A DNA stretch of 64,000 bases from Psilocybe cubensis. Its lineage: Eukaryota. The DNA lies in contig CM039010.1 in NCBI GenBank assembly GCA_017499595.2, positions 372,001 through 436,000 on the forward strand. The letters run 5' to 3'. Shown piece by piece: positions 62,701 through 64,000 of this stretch; the first letter of the stretch is position 1, and each line of letters opens with the position of its first letter. A model generated the notes under the pieces. The model was not told where the DNA came from. It was given only the letters and a program-made list of their open reading frames with translations, and searched no databases. The translations under genes were made by a program, and so were the position numbers.

Positions 62701-64000
62701 ATGCCTTCTCTCATCGTTGACATCATTAATGCGCCTTTGACACAGCTAAAATCTATATCAGTAATGCAAAAGCAGGCTGAAGCAGGCCTGATATGGATGG
62801 TTGGAGCGTATGTTTTTTCATTGAGCTCTCATTCCGAGCCAGCTTGACCTTTCCCTAGGTTCTGCATTCTCGGATGGGAGTTCATCATTTGCTTTCCTGA
62901 CGAGTATAGACTGATTTGGAGGCAGCCTATGAACGTAAGTGTATCGTTATGCGCATGGCTATGGTCCTTCTACTGATGAGACATAGACTTCAAGCGTCTT
63001 ATACCTCTGTGTGTAGCATGTGCTATCGAATTTGTGGTACAATTTTATGACTACAGTTCTTTATCAACAGGCAATCGATATTTTGGACTTGTCGGGTAAA
63101 TACTCAGTGTACCTGAGCTTGAGATCAACTTTGACTTATTGAATCATTCCTCAAGATTTTGTCTTGTGGTATCACTGACAACCGATGTATGGGGACCTTC
63201 TGCATGCAAACGTAAGGCATGCTGGCACCGCATAGCTGAAACCTCGTTCTAACGTTTCGACTGTATTAGACATATTTATTTTTGAGCCTATCAGTGGTCT
63301 GATATCCACCGTCATTTCTCAGATGATCTTGGGTTGCCGGGTATACGCTGTAACTATTCTCGCTGCATGGAAGAGATATAATAATGACGTGCCGGTAGCT
63401 GTTTAGGCAGAACAAGGCGATTGGTATTCTGCTATCATTAAACTTGTTGGCAGAGGTCATCTTCAGTGGAATAGCCGTCAGCCATGTCATCCCACCAATA
63501 CAGTCAACCACCATGCCGGATAATAATCCTCCATGCGGGGCAGTAGGCGGACCTTTTGAATGGCTTATAGTGTTTTGGGTAAGAAATTATACAGGGAATC
63601 TACTTTTTGCCCAACTGAAGTAAATCCATTTTCATCAGGCAGTACCACTGCTCTACGACACCATAGTTTTTCTGTATGTGAATCTGTAATATCAGAATAT
63701 TTATATGACATACCTTCTATCTTGATAGCTTAACAGCTTGGAAGGCGTTCGAATTCTGGAAGACAGACGTAAAATCACGCTTCTTTGAAATTATATGGCA
63801 CGATGGCTTCCTATACTTTTTCGCCATTCTCTTCATGAACATTGCAAATGTTTCAATTTTCCTGGCAGCCCCTCCGATTCTACGTGCAATTAATATTGCG
63901 TTTGTTTTCTATTAACTCTAAAATATGACAGTTAATCTGACTATATGATATATGTAAAGGCCTACGTTGATGTTTCAAGTAATTATTTCCTGTCGATTGG
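62701..64000 (+). CDS. DUF6533-like multi-pass membrane protein, paralog 3 (runs off the window end)
   Basis: MPSLIVD..QKQAEAGLIWMVGA; GWEFIICFPDEYRLIWRQP; IIWHDGFLYFFAILFMN; IISCRL. Confidence 0.72.

Overview
Intron-rich eukaryotic DNA. The ~50-nt GT-AG introns, laccase, Atg1 and DUF6533-like paralogs point to an agaricomycete mushroom; the species cannot be determined from the sequence. Positions 1-4.75 kb are transposon debris: a decayed gag with a CCHC knuckle, a patterned 23-nt repeat array and a MITE end. Genes then follow in order: a DUF6533-like membrane protein, a secreted alginate-lyase-fold polysaccharide lyase, a laccase, an F-box-like gene with an intact MITE upstream, ATG1 and SFM1. 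The main highlight is a head-to-head pair at 26.4-30.3 kb: a bacterial-type D-Ala-D-Ala-ligase-like ATP-grasp enzyme and a KamA/lysine 2,3-aminomutase-like radical SAM enzyme, a candidate beta-amino-acid amide/peptide pathway. It borders a rearranged stress-gene block with four HSP20 genes and two NPN/NTA aquaporins, arranged as an inverted HSP20-aquaporin duplication. A 2.15-kb direct duplication (5'-truncated KamA plus HSP20) brackets 7.5 kb of decayed repeat-containing DNA, and one HSP20 copy is a recombinant that suggests a flip-flop inversion. The rest holds an amidase, a low-complexity protein, MRPL24, an HMG-box factor, an amino-acid permease and two more DUF6533-like paralogs. Exon boundaries were read by eye and family assignments rest on motif recognition, not database searches.
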